A stretch of DNA of 64,000 nucleotides from Phoronis australis (GCA_002633005.1 NMRA01000227.1:1-64000); one strand, 5' to 3'; numbered from the stretch's first letter, positions 24,191 to 37,010 are shown. Numbers and translations: made by a program. The notes: generated by a model from the letters alone, not told the origin.

Positions 24191-26034
24191 CTGAAAGAAG
24201 AGGGGAGGAGAAGGACCTAAAGCAAGCGCATAACAGGCCGCCAGTGAGGGACCGAAAGACCAAGGGGAGAAAGGGGTGACGACCAGCTTGGAAAACTGGA
24301 GACGGGGAGGCATAAAGCCGAAAGGGCACACGGTGCCGAAAGTGTCGCATGGGAAACGAACGGAATACTGGGAAACGTGAATGACAACAGACGGGGGAGG
24401 AGAATGGCCGAAAAGAGAGGGGTAGAAGAGGCCACCGACATATCTGGCCCGGCGATTTAACCGGTGTGCTATTCAAACTGTATGAATTATGCAGGACACT
24501 GTCGTAAACAAAAGTCATCGACAGTAGAAAGCTGCATTCCGAAAAGTCGCAATCACAATTTCTAGGCTTCACATTTCCTGAACATAAATTTTAAGCACCG
24601 ATTTGTCTGTACAACAGACCACCGTTTACACTTCAGTCCATCAGTCATGCCAGTTAGTTTGCGCAAAGCGCTGCCTGTTGAGAATTCGACTAGCCAATCA
24701 GAAATGCCGGTGTAAAAAAATTACCAAAGAAAATTAAGTGATACCAGAGACCGTTGGTGATACCTGCGTGCTGGCGCGGCCAATGAGCTATATACATAGT
24801 TATATTTATCTCATTGGGCGCGGCTACCGCCCCACCTAGCGGCACGCAGGGAACCAGCGAGATCTTGCCAGAGATCATTATTTTTTACTTGCATGTAACA
24901 TATTGTATTTTCTTTCGTATTATTGTTGTCGCCGTATTAGATCATAATAAATGACCTTATTTTGCCGACACCAGTGTCCTCTTCATCTCTGGTAACGAGC
25001 TTGTGACGTGCGATTTACTTGGGACTTACATGCCGATCACAAATGGGTCTTGCTCGGCGCATGTAGAGCTTAGTCTCAAACACAAAATATGGATTCTTCG
25101 AAAAACTCATTGAAATCACCGCTGATTTTTTCCGCAGGTTAGTCTTCGCAGTTTGCAGATTCAGCTAGTGCAGATTCAGTATCCTAGCAAGTGCAGATTC
25201 AGGGACCTAGTCTTTGGAGGGGCCCCTTGACGGCATCCATGCGGCCACCTTTTTCGTACTTTTTATTGGTAACTGCTTAAGAGGCCGCTCATGGAGAAGG
25301 GGGCCTCCATGATGGAATAGATTGCCTCTATTTTCCCGTTTCTGTGAAATCGTACAACTTTTCGTGTTAAGGAAGGTAATTTCTTTGATGGTCGCACGAT
25401 GATGGAATTAATTGTCACCTTTTCTATTTTTAATGATATTTAGCCTTTCATATTAAGGGCTCCTTTTTCAGACGGGGTCCTCACTCAGAGGGGTGGCCCT
25501 GAGAAAATTGTCTCTTTGCCAATCTATAAATCCGACACTGTCACGAGTGGAAGAAGATAAGACTCCAAATTCATCGAAAAAAACAAAACAAATTCGTGAA
25601 ATAAAGCCTAGCGGCCCTAACAACCAAAGAGGATTGTGTGGAAAAATACAAAGCATAGACTGCCATCGAAAGAAGTTTGAAAAACTTGAAGGCCAGTATT
25701 TGTGAATTATTGGTTTTATAACGATAAAATGTCGATACTTTTTCTCATAGTATAATAATTATATTTCTTCTGAAAATTGTTATTAAGAGTCGTTTTTAAG
25801 TCGGACAGACTGTCTTGAGTACATTTCAAACGGATTAAGTTAAAACTGGCAAAGATTTCAGCGATTTTGGAGTTCAAGTTTAACTCACAAATTGTAACAG
25901 CTACCTCTAGATCGAACCAAAAATCACGTTAACATGAATAAATCCGGAAAATTCTTGGCTGGCCCCCTTCTATGTTCCCGTCGAATGCCCATCCTGATTC
26001 TGCGAGCATTCCATCGATAATTCTTTATAATATT

Positions 26035-26277
26035 CATGCACGTGCGTAGCCAAAAATATAGGGGGCTTGAGAATGTGAACCTTTAACTAAAAAATAAAAC
26101 GGGTACGTTTAGAGCTCTAATTTGTGCATTCGCCGAATTCCTGCCTTTTTAGTGGACTTTTGTCTCGTTTTCTCGGGCTTTATGTTTCTCTTAGAAGGAC
26201 CTTTTTGCCCACTTCGCTAAATGGGGGGGGGGGGCTCATTCGAGTCCCCCGAGCCCCCCCCCACTGGTGCGCGCATG
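26035..26277. mobile_element. hAT-like MITE with 5-bp TSD
   Basis: CATGCACGTGCG ... GGTGCGCGCATG, perfect TSD ATATT. Confidence 0.7.
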
Positions 26278-26713
26278 ATATTATATTTTGATAAACTACA
26301 AATTCGTTGGTTTTTGATTTACGATATCTACTTTGCTATGACAATCGAATGGTTTTTAGATGAGTTTTTGATTGTTGGAAGCTAATCTTGTGAAAATTGA
26401 TGATGCTTCAGTTAACTTAGTTGCAGGCTGAAGTTGCCAATGGGAAAATTTCTATCATCCGATCCCCAAATAGTAAAGTTCTCGAGACCATCTTTGCTAC
26501 CTGAAATAACTCTCAAAAGATTGATGAAGTTCGGAGACTCTACAGGGTGTCGCAAAAGTGTACTCACACTTCAAATATTGCCTTAGGAACAAGGTTAGTT
26601 GTTTTTTAAATCAAATTAAACGCATTGCTCATTAGCTTAGGAAGATAAATTGTCTTTGCACGTCCTTCATGTTTTTTTCCCAGTTATATTGCGCAATAAA
26701 TTTTCGTTCTTTA

Positions 26714-27137
26714 GTGGCCGGTTGCATGAAACAGTCAACTCAACTAAGGTCCAAATGTATTTTTGGGTATTTGTGTCTTTATGGACTCACAGGTGCAATA
26801 TTTTTGTATCATTTCATCTTTATTATGAGCTCCTCTTTCATTAATGACATTTTCTAATACTATTGCCAAAAACTGAGCCCAGAGTTCATTGAAAATAGGG
26901 ACTCGGTCCTTAAATTGGGGGTGTTGCATGAAAAGATCCCTAATTATTTTCGATAATATTGACAATTCAATGTAGAGCTCACTCTCGATTTGTATCAAAG
27001 CCAAAAGTTGACTTAGTAATGAAACTAAAACAATGCAAGAAAGGGCAATTGATGTTTTCACAAGTCCAAAAATACGTAGTAGATTTAGGGAACTTAGTTG
27101 AGTCCCTATTCGGGACTGTTTCATGCAACCCGGCACT
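26714..27137. mobile_element. MITE, family D (PIF/Harbinger-like termini, superfamily uncertain)
   Basis: TIRs GCCGGTTGCATGAAACAGTC / GACTGTTTCATGCAACCCGGC. A second copy is at 61530-63058. It appears to sit in a Tc1/mariner-like fragment starting TACAGGGTGTC at ~26541. Confidence 0.7.
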
Positions 27138-28439
27138 CAACCTCACCGTTTCAAAATTTATACGGCCTTATAAAAGCATGACTCTAAAATGATTTTCCCC
27201 ATTAAACTGGACCATACCTAAGGCCAGTGCACACGCCAAAGTACGAGCTGACTACCTACCTGTCTCACTTGGAACTCATCATTTGATTGGATTGGCGGCT
27301 AGCCTAGTACATACAGGCAATTCAGTTTCACACCTTCACTCTCAGCTATATGCATCAATCTGCGCTGGCTAGCTTCGTTCTCACGCCCCGTGAAAATTTG
27401 TGGGTTGCTTAAATTGATGATGGCTGCTTCCCGGGGGTTTGCCCCCCAAAGAGTGTCGGGCGTGGGGGGAGCGAAATTGGTGACATGGGTAGGGTGGGGG
27501 TGGTGATAGGAAGGACGGGCGCAAATTGTTTCCCCCAATATTATTTACCTTCTTACGGGCCGGAAATAGTAATGCCAAACCATGTCTGCTTTTCATAGTA
27601 AGTAAGGCTTCACTTCGTCTGCTTGATTCCTGATCTCCGCGGCTTCATAGTTGCTTATAATTATTTTGAGCCGATTCACGAAATAACGCTTATTTCCTCC
27701 GCGATCTGTTGTTTGTCATTTCTTCAGTTAATTGGTAAGCCGACTAGACGAGAAAATCTCGCCGCCTGTTAGGCCTGCTGCACTGCCTCCACTTGCGTGC
27801 AGGGATGTACCAACGATAAAAATACGTACACCATGATGAGTTCTCTGCAGGCCAGCTCTCGTATTGTCTGTTTTAGTGGTCACGTAATCCAGCAATATAG
27901 TATGTTGTACACAGCGCGCCTGACGCTAACCGATATTTTAACATACTATTTGCAAACCGGACTTCCGACAAAAGTTATGAAGCAGATCGATGTGTTTTTC
28001 TGATACGAAATACTTTCACCAAAAAAAAACTTAGAATGGAGAACTTGAAAACGGCTGACTTTCAGAGAATGTAGACTTAACTTTCACCTGTTGATTTCTT
28101 TGTGTGACTGTAAGCTCTTGTGTGCCAACACAAAAGGCTTGCTTGACAAATTTAATCGAGTGCGATTCTAGATTAGTGGAAATTTCTGTGAGTTTACACT
28201 CCAGGAGATTCCGTATAGGCTGACTGAATTAAAACGGCTTAGAGTGAAGGTCATGCCATATCTATCTTGAGGACATTAACATGGGGTTTTAATTTTAGAA
28301 GAAAAGTAAAATACAATTATTGCGTGGAGGTACTGGACGTCTTTTTTAAAAGTATTCAATCATGAACCAAAATAGGGAGTCGTCTCCGTTATTAGGCCTA
28401 CTGGAAACGGTCTTGGAGCGGCGATGTGTTTTCAGCTTG

Positions 28440-28554
28440 TCCAGTTGAGGGCGCTATACAATCGCCTCGTTTCGAGTTGTGACGTCTCCGGAAAGAAAAA
28501 TGGCAGGATGATCTCTGTTTACGATTTTGTTCTACTATTACATTACAAGTAAGT
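28440..28554 (+). promoter_or_regulatory. Probable promoter and non-coding first exon of the ASB gene
   Basis: TGACGT (CRE-like), CCGGAA (ETS-like) and AAAATGGC (YY1-like) clustered at 28480-28505. Donor GTAAGT at 28549; matching acceptor TTGTTTCAG at 30927, 47 bp before the ATG. Confidence 0.5.
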
Positions 28555-29664
28555 ACAGTGGATGCGATACCCCTATTTGAAACTAGTCAATGAAAAGATA
28601 ATTTTTTTAGTACAATAGATAACAATACAATTAATGTAGGTATGTGTGTCATGCGACAGCGACATAGACGAGTGAAGCTCCAAAGCCAGGCAAAGACAAA
28701 GTGGCCAATTGAGTCTACCCTGACTTTGAGTGGCCAGGCAAAGCAACTGCTTTGAGACGGGTTAATGGTTAATTACGTAGACGAATGAGAACAAACTATC
28801 GCTAGTTTGCTACTGGTATAACATTACTTACTTAATGGTTAAATGGAATACTTCGTCTTTAGATTAGTAACTTAATTAGTAAATCTAGTTTGCGACTGCA
28901 GTCTATGGCTCTAGGAAATAAAAATAGAGAATGCATTCTCTTACCAAACATGCTAAGGCCATTTTCACTTCACAAACTGGGTTAGAGTTGACTGAAAAAG
29001 ATTAACTTGCCCTGTCAAAGTCTTCATCTATGGAAGTTGGAACAAATACATTGAATGCAATCTGATATTTTAACAGTCCAACCTCACTCAGCAATTAGGT
29101 CTACAGAATGCTTTCCAGAGGTCAGCCGGAATAGAAAACATGAGGTTGCCATCTTGTGACATCATTACAATACGATAACCTCAGTTGGCTGCAGGGTCAG
29201 AACATAGTTAGATTCAGTGGTCAAATACTTCGATCATAGTGGTTGACTAGTGGTTGACTACAGGCATCCACTTGAAACTATAGTGATCATAGTTAAAACT
29301 AATCTTCCAGCTGAAAAAAGTCGTAGTCGTAGCTTCCTGGAAACTTAGTAGAGAAACACTGGCATAAGTCATATTTTTGGATGTTGTAGTGCTGCACTTG
29401 ATCCTTACTGGGATAAAATGTCTCAGTCTGAATGGGTCTGATACATTGTATGCGGGTTACTAAACGAAAGGCATCAAATATGGAAGAAAACTGAAGGAGA
29501 GTGATTCCTATTAGACCAAGAACAATAGGCAGTCGATAATTCATTTTTTGTATCTGACCTTTAAGCTGTATTGTTCTTAGTGCACTTTACTACTATGTTA
29601 AAAACCTGACATTTTTATGTGCAGTCTCTAGTTCAATGGCTTCAAGCTGATGGAGCAAAGCCTT

Positions 29665-29870
29665 GTGATCTGTGCTCCTTCCACTGAGTGACTGTGATCA
29701 GTGCTTCTTCCACTGAGTGACTGTGATCAGTGCTCCTTCCACTGAGTGACTGTGATCAGTGCTTCTTCCACTGAGTGACAGTGATCAGTGCTCCTTCCAC
29801 TGAGTGACTGTGATCAGTGCTCCTTCCACTGAGTGACTGTGATCAGTGCTTCTTCCACTGAGTGACTGCT
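29665..29870. repeat. Minisatellite, 29-bp unit, ~7 copies
   Basis: Unit CTGTGATCAGTGCTYCTTCCACTGAGTGA. Confidence 0.92.
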
Positions 29871-30974
29871 CAAATGTATTGGATTACATCCGGATCACAA
29901 AGTTTTTTCCATCTGCTGCAGGGCAAAGAACTCAAGAATGTACTTAAAAACGTTCTTAAGTTTTATGAAGATTTTCAACCAAACATGCTTGTGTCCGGAA
30001 TATTACTGACCAGGGAGAACAGTCATGTTTTAACCGACTGGGTGTAAGTTGAGATTAGTTATGCGATGAACTCTGGTTTAAGTGAGGCAATGATGGAATT
30101 TTATGCTGAATGATCGACACACATTTTTTTCTGAATTGTGTAAAAATCTGACTTAAGAAATTCAATGTACGGTATGCATAGAGATTTATTTAAGAATTGA
30201 TGTAAGAACTGTACTGTGGACCACTGTCTGAGTTTAGCGAAAATCAGACTTGTGCAAGTTTTACTTTATGCACTAAGTTGCAACAAATCCACATGAGAGT
30301 AGGAAATTTGCTTTTTAAATCTCATTATTTTGTCCAATATAGTTAGTATCCCAATACAGTTAGTATCCCAATACAGTTAGTATCCCATTGAGCCGTTGAG
30401 CAATAGGGGGCACTAGTAGCTGTGTGCCCGCTTGGTTTCCTCCATTTTTTATCTCATTTCTACTTGCTTCTAATTTATGATATAGGTGCAACTTCACATG
30501 GTTGCCATGGTAACATTTCATATTTTTACATCATTGTCATGTTTTCTTTGTTCACACTTCATGAATTACAATACACATTTCCTCCATGGTTTACGTGCTG
30601 AGTATTGTCACCTTGGCAACTATTTTGTTCAGCATAATTATTCTTTGAAATACTTTTTGTTCTACATTACAAATTGTTTGATAAGAATAGACATTGACCA
30701 TAGATTGATCATTCCTTTTGGAACAAATAAAGCATGCCTTGACAGAGTTTCATAGATTATGCAAGAAACTAGACAGTAAAGCTGACGAGGTCACGACCTC
30801 TGCTTGCAATGTATGATTGGGCACTATCATGATCTTTTTTCCATCTGTTGAACATTCCCCTGATGTATGTATGTATGTAAATTGTCCTTGTGTGTTCATG
30901 TTATCTATGTAAACAATGTTGTTTCAGTGGTTGAGATGACGTAGACGTTTACCAAGAACTGTAGGTGGTGGACT

Positions 30975-32195
30975 ATGGGCAGCAACCCTTCCAAACAGAA
31001 AGCCTTGCACCGTGCAGTCATTGATGGGGATGTTGACACTCTGTCCGACTTGCTCACTGACAAGGCAATCCTGCGACACCTGAGTAAGTGCCAACCAGTT
31101 AACTGTTTCACCAAATGGTGGTCAACGCCACTCATCTTGGCAGCAGAGAAGGGCCATGCCGGGTGTGTGCGGAAGCTGGTTGAAGCAGGTGCCAACCCCA
31201 ACTGTCAGGATGAGTTTGGCAATACAGCACTGCACCGGGCAGTTGCCTGTAACCACATCTCTTGTGTTGAACTGCTGCTCGGCTCTAACATTGATGTGAA
31301 CCGCCAGACATATTTGACAACACGGACTGCACTACACATGGCCGCGTCATCAGGTTACGGCAATATTGTTGAGCTGTTTACCACTCACACAGGCTGTGAC
31401 ATAGATAAGCAGAACAACTCGGGCCTGACACCACTAGGTCTGGCTTGTAACCGTGGCAACTATAGCTGTGTGGATATCCTGCTGAGGAAGGGAGCAAACC
31501 CACAAAAGAAGGTGAATGGCGGTGACTCGCCACTGGAGGAGGCTTTGCGCAACGAGAATGTAGACATTCTGGTGCTCCTTCTTGAAGCTATGTTTGGTTT
31601 CTACCTCACTGATCCTGACTTTGACATGCGCCTCGACCCTTGGACAGGCATCCATCGCATCACGCAACAGGTATTGACTGCCAGGAGTTTCGATGTGGCC
31701 TGCTTTCATTCCTTCCTGACTGTGTTCCTGAAAAACAATGCGTATCTCTTCCCCAATACTAACATCTCACCAGAGCAGGCAAATGAAAACCTTGCACTTT
31801 GCAATAAAGTCGTAGTGGACGTTTTACAGGCTACAGACATTGCATGTATGGAACTATCCTATGGACATTCGATTTTTTACAACTTCGTCTTGTCGCATGG
31901 AGACACGGCTTTTAGTCTTTTAGTGTTCAGGCTTCTGGCAGCTGCGGGTCATAATTGGTCCGATGCGGAGAAACGTTATATCTCGTCTAACTATAGCATT
32001 GATGTCCCTGACCCCAAGTTGTTGACAATACAAACCTTGCGTCACATGTGCAGACTTAAGATACGAAAACTGCTCGGATATTGCATTGTGAGCAACGTAC
32101 GTTCTTTACATATCCCGACCAGACTAAAAGACTATGTTCTCCTAAGAGATATAGAGTATAGTGCAGAGAACTTTTTAGAAACTAGTTTGCAGTAA
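30975..32195 (+). CDS. Ankyrin repeat and SOCS box protein (ASB-like Cullin-RING substrate receptor), 406 aa, single coding exon
   Basis: About 6 ankyrin repeats (TPLILAAEKGHAGCVRKLVEAGANPN, GNTALHRAV, TALHMAASSGYGNIV, GLTPLGLAC) and a C-terminal SOCS box TLRHMCRLKIRKLL..VRSLHIPTRLKDYV. Confidence 0.95.
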   Translation: MGSNPSKQKALHRAVIDGDVDTLSDLLTDKAILRHLSKCQPVNCFTKWWSTPLILAAEKGHAGCVRKLVEAGANPNCQDEFGNTALHRAVACNHISCVELLLGSNIDVNRQTYLTTRTALHMAASSGYGNIVELFTTHTGCDIDKQNNSGLTPLGLACNRGNYSCVDILLRKGANPQKKVNGGDSPLEEALRNENVDILVLLLEAMFGFYLTDPDFDMRLDPWTGIHRITQQVLTARSFDVACFHSFLTVFLKNNAYLFPNTNISPEQANENLALCNKVVVDVLQATDIACMELSYGHSIFYNFVLSHGDTAFSLLVFRLLAAAGHNWSDAEKRYISSNYSIDVPDPKLLTIQTLRHMCRLKIRKLLGYCIVSNVRSLHIPTRLKDYVLLRDIEYSAENFLETSLQ

Positions 32196-34157
32196 GCCAT
32201 GTCTTAGCCTCATATGTGTTTCTGTTATGCTGCCTTTTGCGGGCAAAGGGCACTCTTTGGTCGATTTATTTTATTTTGTGCACCTCATGTTGATTTTTGT
32301 TTATTTTAGAACAGAGGTGTGTGTGTGTGTGTGCGCATGTTATAATGTAGTTCTTGAGCCATCCTGGACGTTCATGTTATTGTTAGTTGAAACTGGTCTA
32401 CTGAACTGTCTGTATTTGCCCAATTCTTAGATCCTCAGAGACATCTGATCTCCTTCGATAGGAAGATGTTGACTACTATTTGTGTCGGGAACTCTGGTCA
32501 TGTGGGGTCTTGTTTGTCTGGTGACATTTGTATGTGTGTATGTTAGTACGTTTGTATGTATGTATAGACACACACGCACGCACACACACACACACACACA
32601 CACACGGTTATGTTCATTGGTTCACAGTACTTCTAACTTCATCCCGTCAAGTGCCTTGCACGGGACGACTGCTTTCATTTATCAGTTTGGAAACATTCAT
32701 TATTTAGTCGTATAGTACAGTTCATAGTTACACTGGAAAGAACCTATGGTAAATTAATTTGTTCAATTTGCCTTCTGAGCATTTTCTAAATTTCCAAAGT
32801 TTTTAAAAGCCAGTAAAGAATTTGTTGTTAAATTTCTTATTATCACAGCTACTGTATACCCAAGACAGAATTCAGTGCAGTCACTCCAAATATCCTAGCA
32901 TAACTTTGTACCAGAGTCCACCAGTGTTGTTTTTTGTCATTCTCACTTCACACCTACTTCATTGTCAACACATGTACTTTGTTCAACTGATGATTGTTGT
33001 GCAAGTTTGTAGCAAGTCATTTTTAACAAGTTGGCCCTGTACAGTTTGTATACTAATTTATACTTGGCTCTAATATGTAACATTTGTTTGTTGTCTGAAG
33101 TTTTAGACAGGGAGTTACCTAGAATAAAAGATTCAAGACTTAAAGGCTGAAAAACAATCCGAACAAGACTCAAATGTGCTACATAATTCAAGCATAAGTA
33201 AGACATCCCAACTGACGAGACGTTAGAGGTTGCTTCACGAGAGTCTTTGGTTCGCCTTCTAACTCTAGTCACGAATTGTCATGGTCACACCCCAATTTCC
33301 CTCCAAACAAGGTTCTTTAGGTCTGTCCATGAACAGTCAAGAAACATCAAAATGTTTTAATATTTGAGGACTTAGCAAGGACTGGGTCTTATCCCATCCT
33401 CAAATGCTCTCAATACATTCAGAGAGCAGGATTTTTATTGCTTTCCCGTTCCATCTTGTGTATGAGGAGTCAGCTGTATGCAGTCAGCTGTATGCAGTCA
33501 GCTGTATGCAAGTAGGCCTAGCTGCTCTTATTGATCTCCATAATATGAATACAGCCATTGAATTAAAAAAATCTGCAATTTATGGTAGCAAGGTTTACTT
33601 CTTTCGAATTGGTGTTAACGGTGCAAGTCATTCTAAACAAAGATAGCATCTTGTGATCGGTCAATACTGAATAGTTGGTGTGTGAAATAGTCTTGATTTT
33701 TGTTGTCCCGTATCTAAAACTTGTCGGCAATTTCACTGTGCAGTTAACTATGCATTTGTCCGATCATCAGAGATGAGCAAAATATGAATTACCTGAAACG
33801 TCAAGAACACTAGCAAGAAGAATGGTAACGATGCACTTTATTGACCAAGTTGAGGGAAAATCTGACTGATGCTTGTCAGACTTATGTGAGTTTTACTGTA
33901 TTTTTTCTCATCACAAACACTTAATGTCATGAAATGAATGTGATTTGTAATACAAGTTACATTATTTACCAGTTGTGATTTATTACCATGTACAGACCGT
34001 ACTACTGCAATGAATGGCACTAAGAGTGCTTGTCAGTTGTGGTATTTGATCATATACAGACCGGCCTATTCATCTGGTATTTGATCATATACAGACCGGC
34101 CTATTCAATGGTGATGAATGGAGTGGCTCTCAGGTCTATCAATGGGTAGCTAGCAAT

Positions 34158-34258
34158 AGTCGGATATAACATGCCCACATTTTGAGAAGAACCAGTTGGA
34201 TACCCGGTATTCAGTGGAGAAAACTGGTTCTCAAAATGTGCGCATGTTATACCTGACT
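34158..34258. repeat. ~100-bp inverted repeat (hairpin) between the convergent 3' ends of ASB and NOC2L
   Basis: AGTCGGATATAACATGCCCACATTTTGAGAAGAACCAGTT pairs with AACTGGTTCTCAAAATGTGCGCATGTTATACCTGACT. Confidence 0.75.
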
Positions 34259-34869
34259 TAACATTTGGGCTGTTGACTCGTATTCTCTTAGAAATAAACT
34301 ATTGGAACGGACTCAGTGAGAGCCTGTGTTTTACAGTTGGCCCCCACTTAGGTAAAATCTAAAAATTTGGAGCTTAACTTTGAGGCAAATACATTAATAA
34401 TTAATTTTCTTCCTGCTGTCTTGAGGGTTGCTTTGCCATAACACTGAAAGATGATAACTTTAATATGATTCCATCAATTTTGTGGCCAACTATTAAACCA
34501 AGTTACCTGTCATTCCATGATATTTAATCACTTGTGTAAACTGAAACATGTTCTGTACACATTGGCGTATATCCTTCTGAGTAAAACAATCTCTGTTACA
34601 TCCTCTACTTTCCAAATAAATTACAGACTCCAAGCAATTTGTCATGCTGGCACTAACTTCAGTAAAACTCACTATAAAGTTGGATCCTTGTTAGTTAGAC
34701 CTTGGTGTAACTCTAATAGGGTTGATCATTATAGTTATCTATCACACTTGGTGCACTCAGTCCTTGAGAGGAGTCAAACATTGTCTTACTCCAATCATAT
34801 CTCTTCTCATCGTAGTTGACTTGTGTCAGTTTTACAGTCGTTCCTAATGGTTCTAAACCCATGCCTTGC

Positions 34870-35041
34870 TCAGTCACTGTCTGACATAACAAAGTCCTCC
34901 ACCAGATCACCTTGGTCCTCAATAGAGTCTCCACTGTCGCTGGCCTCTTCACCATCTTCACTATTGCCTCCCTCGTCAACATTTTCATCATCTTCATCTG
35001 CAGACCCAGCCAGTTGTTCCAACTCATCACTATCAAAATCA
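34870..35041 (-). CDS. NOC2L: NOC2L last exon (acidic tail, stop)
   Basis: DFDSDELEQLAGSADEDDE...DLVEDFVMSDSD*. Confidence 0.9.
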
Positions 35042-35854
35042 CTGAAAAGACGAAAGTGACTCAGTAACAAACCTTTTTCTTAAACAATGAAGACATACGT
35101 TAATGAACAATTCATCTTACACTTGACAAAAGCACTTCGCACTGTCAGTCCTTTATTACCAAGTACGTTGTTGCTGTTTGCTTTATCACACCTTAACCTT
35201 AATCTTAATCTGTCATAAGGGCCTACTGATGGGCAGTTAACTGGTTTCCACGGGATAATGAGTGTCTTCACAATAGGCAGGAGGATTTCCCATGTGTTTC
35301 ATAATTTATAATAAGCAGCTAGTTGTACAAGAAGTTTGGGGATTGTGGACTAGTTTCAAGGGGCAACTCCTTATTTACAACGCAAGTAACATAAAAAGTT
35401 GATTAACTCCACAACAAACTGGCCTTTACACGAGAAATGCAGAGCAATGTTATGCACCCATTGTGGGAACTGCAAATGGCAAAGATATAAGGAAAGAACA
35501 ACACTGCTGAGGTTACCACTAGGGGGCACTGCATCCATCCAATAATAGATGCCAGTCATGCTCACTGATTCTTTTATAAGGGGTTTTAGCAGACTTCAAA
35601 AGTGATTGCCACTTGGCTGCACAGCTCAAGTGGAAACTATAAAAAAAGACGAGTGCTGGTCTCTTCCGAATAAAATGTATGCCAAATTTCATGTAGATCC
35701 TGAATGAAACGTGAAAGGTACTGAGGCAAACTTAAAAAAAACTAAAACTGACATCAGGAGGCAAATCAATGATCGACACTTGCCAAAAATGAACCGTCAT
35801 CACATCTCCTTCAATACAAACAACTGCGTCAGATTTAGTAATGATTGCACTAAC

Positions 35855-36905
35855 AAACAAGAGCAACGCGGAGCGTTGAAATGCGCCCACGAATGCATTG
35901 CAAATGGTGTGCTTTTGGGGTTATTTGTTTGTATCATAAAAAATGCCATATTTCATAAAAATCTGTCAAGGAACTTTAGAGAAACAAAAGAAAACAGAAT
36001 AAAATGAAATTGCCACTAGTGGACACAGTGTCCGTTGGATCCGCCTGAAAGTCGTCGTCTGTTATTTTCATATAAATACACTTGCTAAATTTAATAAAGA
36101 TCCTGCAGTGGGTTTAGGAGATACAACTATGGGTGCAGAACAAAACTACCACTAGGAGGCGCAACAGTAGTCAGTCACCATCATCAAAGGTCGTCTTCAC
36201 ACTGAGAAAATATTAGCCGATTTTCAAATGATTTGGTTGATACAGGGGTGGACACCAAAAACAAGATTTGAAAACAGCAAAAATGGCCACTAGATGGTGC
36301 AAAATACCTCGATTCCATCCAAAAACAGGAAGATAGCGTCATCACACTAATAGATGGTTATATTTAAAATTTTATGAAAATCTGTTGAGGACGTTTGAAG
36401 ATACTGAGTTAAACGTAAAAAACTAAAATTGCCAGTAGGGGGCACAGCAGTAGCCAGATCTGTTTGAAAGTCGTCGTCATATGTAGTCAACATCATATAC
36501 ATACACTTGCTAAATTAAGTAAAGATCCTGCGAATGGTTTAGGAGATACAGCCATAGGCGCAACAAAAACAAAACTGCCACTAGGAGGCGCAAACTACGT
36601 CAAATCCATCCGAAAATGGGAGGAGAGCGTCATCTCACTAACAGGTGCCAACACACCAAATTTCATGAAAATCCGTTCAGGACTTTTTAAGATACAAAGG
36701 TAAGCGTAAAAAACTAAAATTGCCACTAGAGGGCACACCGGTAGTCGGATCCATCTGAAAGTTCGCTCATGCCGTCCCATTCATGAATGGAACATATGTG
36801 CCAAATTTCATGAACGTATGTCAAAGGGTTTTGGAGACAGAGCGCCGGCCGGACGCCGGACGGACAGAGATGATGGCATAATGCGTCCACATATAAATAT
36901 GGGCA
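35855..36905 (+). mobile_element. HINE-like element, family A
   Basis: 5' AAACAAGAGCAACGCGGAGCGTTGAAATGCGCCCAC, six internal ~145-bp repeats, (GGAC)n, and a partial 3' hairpin ATGCGTCCACATATAAATATGGGC. Confidence 0.8.
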
Positions 36906-37010
36906 GATTCCGTCTTTCCTCGTTATACAAAAACGTGCCAAATTTCATGACGTTCCTCGAAGGAACTTGACAATTACAGACAGATGCTAACATTTAATAC
37001 AATTGTTCAC

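Larger units (their letters stand above)
21120..24450 (-). mobile_element. Decayed DIRS-order (Ngaro-like) tyrosine-recombinase retrotransposon, recombinase deleted
   Basis: Gag-like ORF1, then RT/RNase H pieces, then a 3' split direct repeat (21723-21984 and 21120-21381, ~260 bp each) separated by a ~340-bp spacer. Confidence 0.85.
20875..24861. mobile_element. Unclassified TIR element that encloses the DIRS/Ngaro remnant
   Basis: CTCGCTGGTTACCTGCGTGC (20875-20894) and GCACGCAGGGAACCAGCGAG (24842-24861) form a 20-bp inverted pair with 1 mismatch. An inner pair CCAGCACGCAGGTATCA / TGATACCTGCGTGCTGG is also present. Confidence 0.55.
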
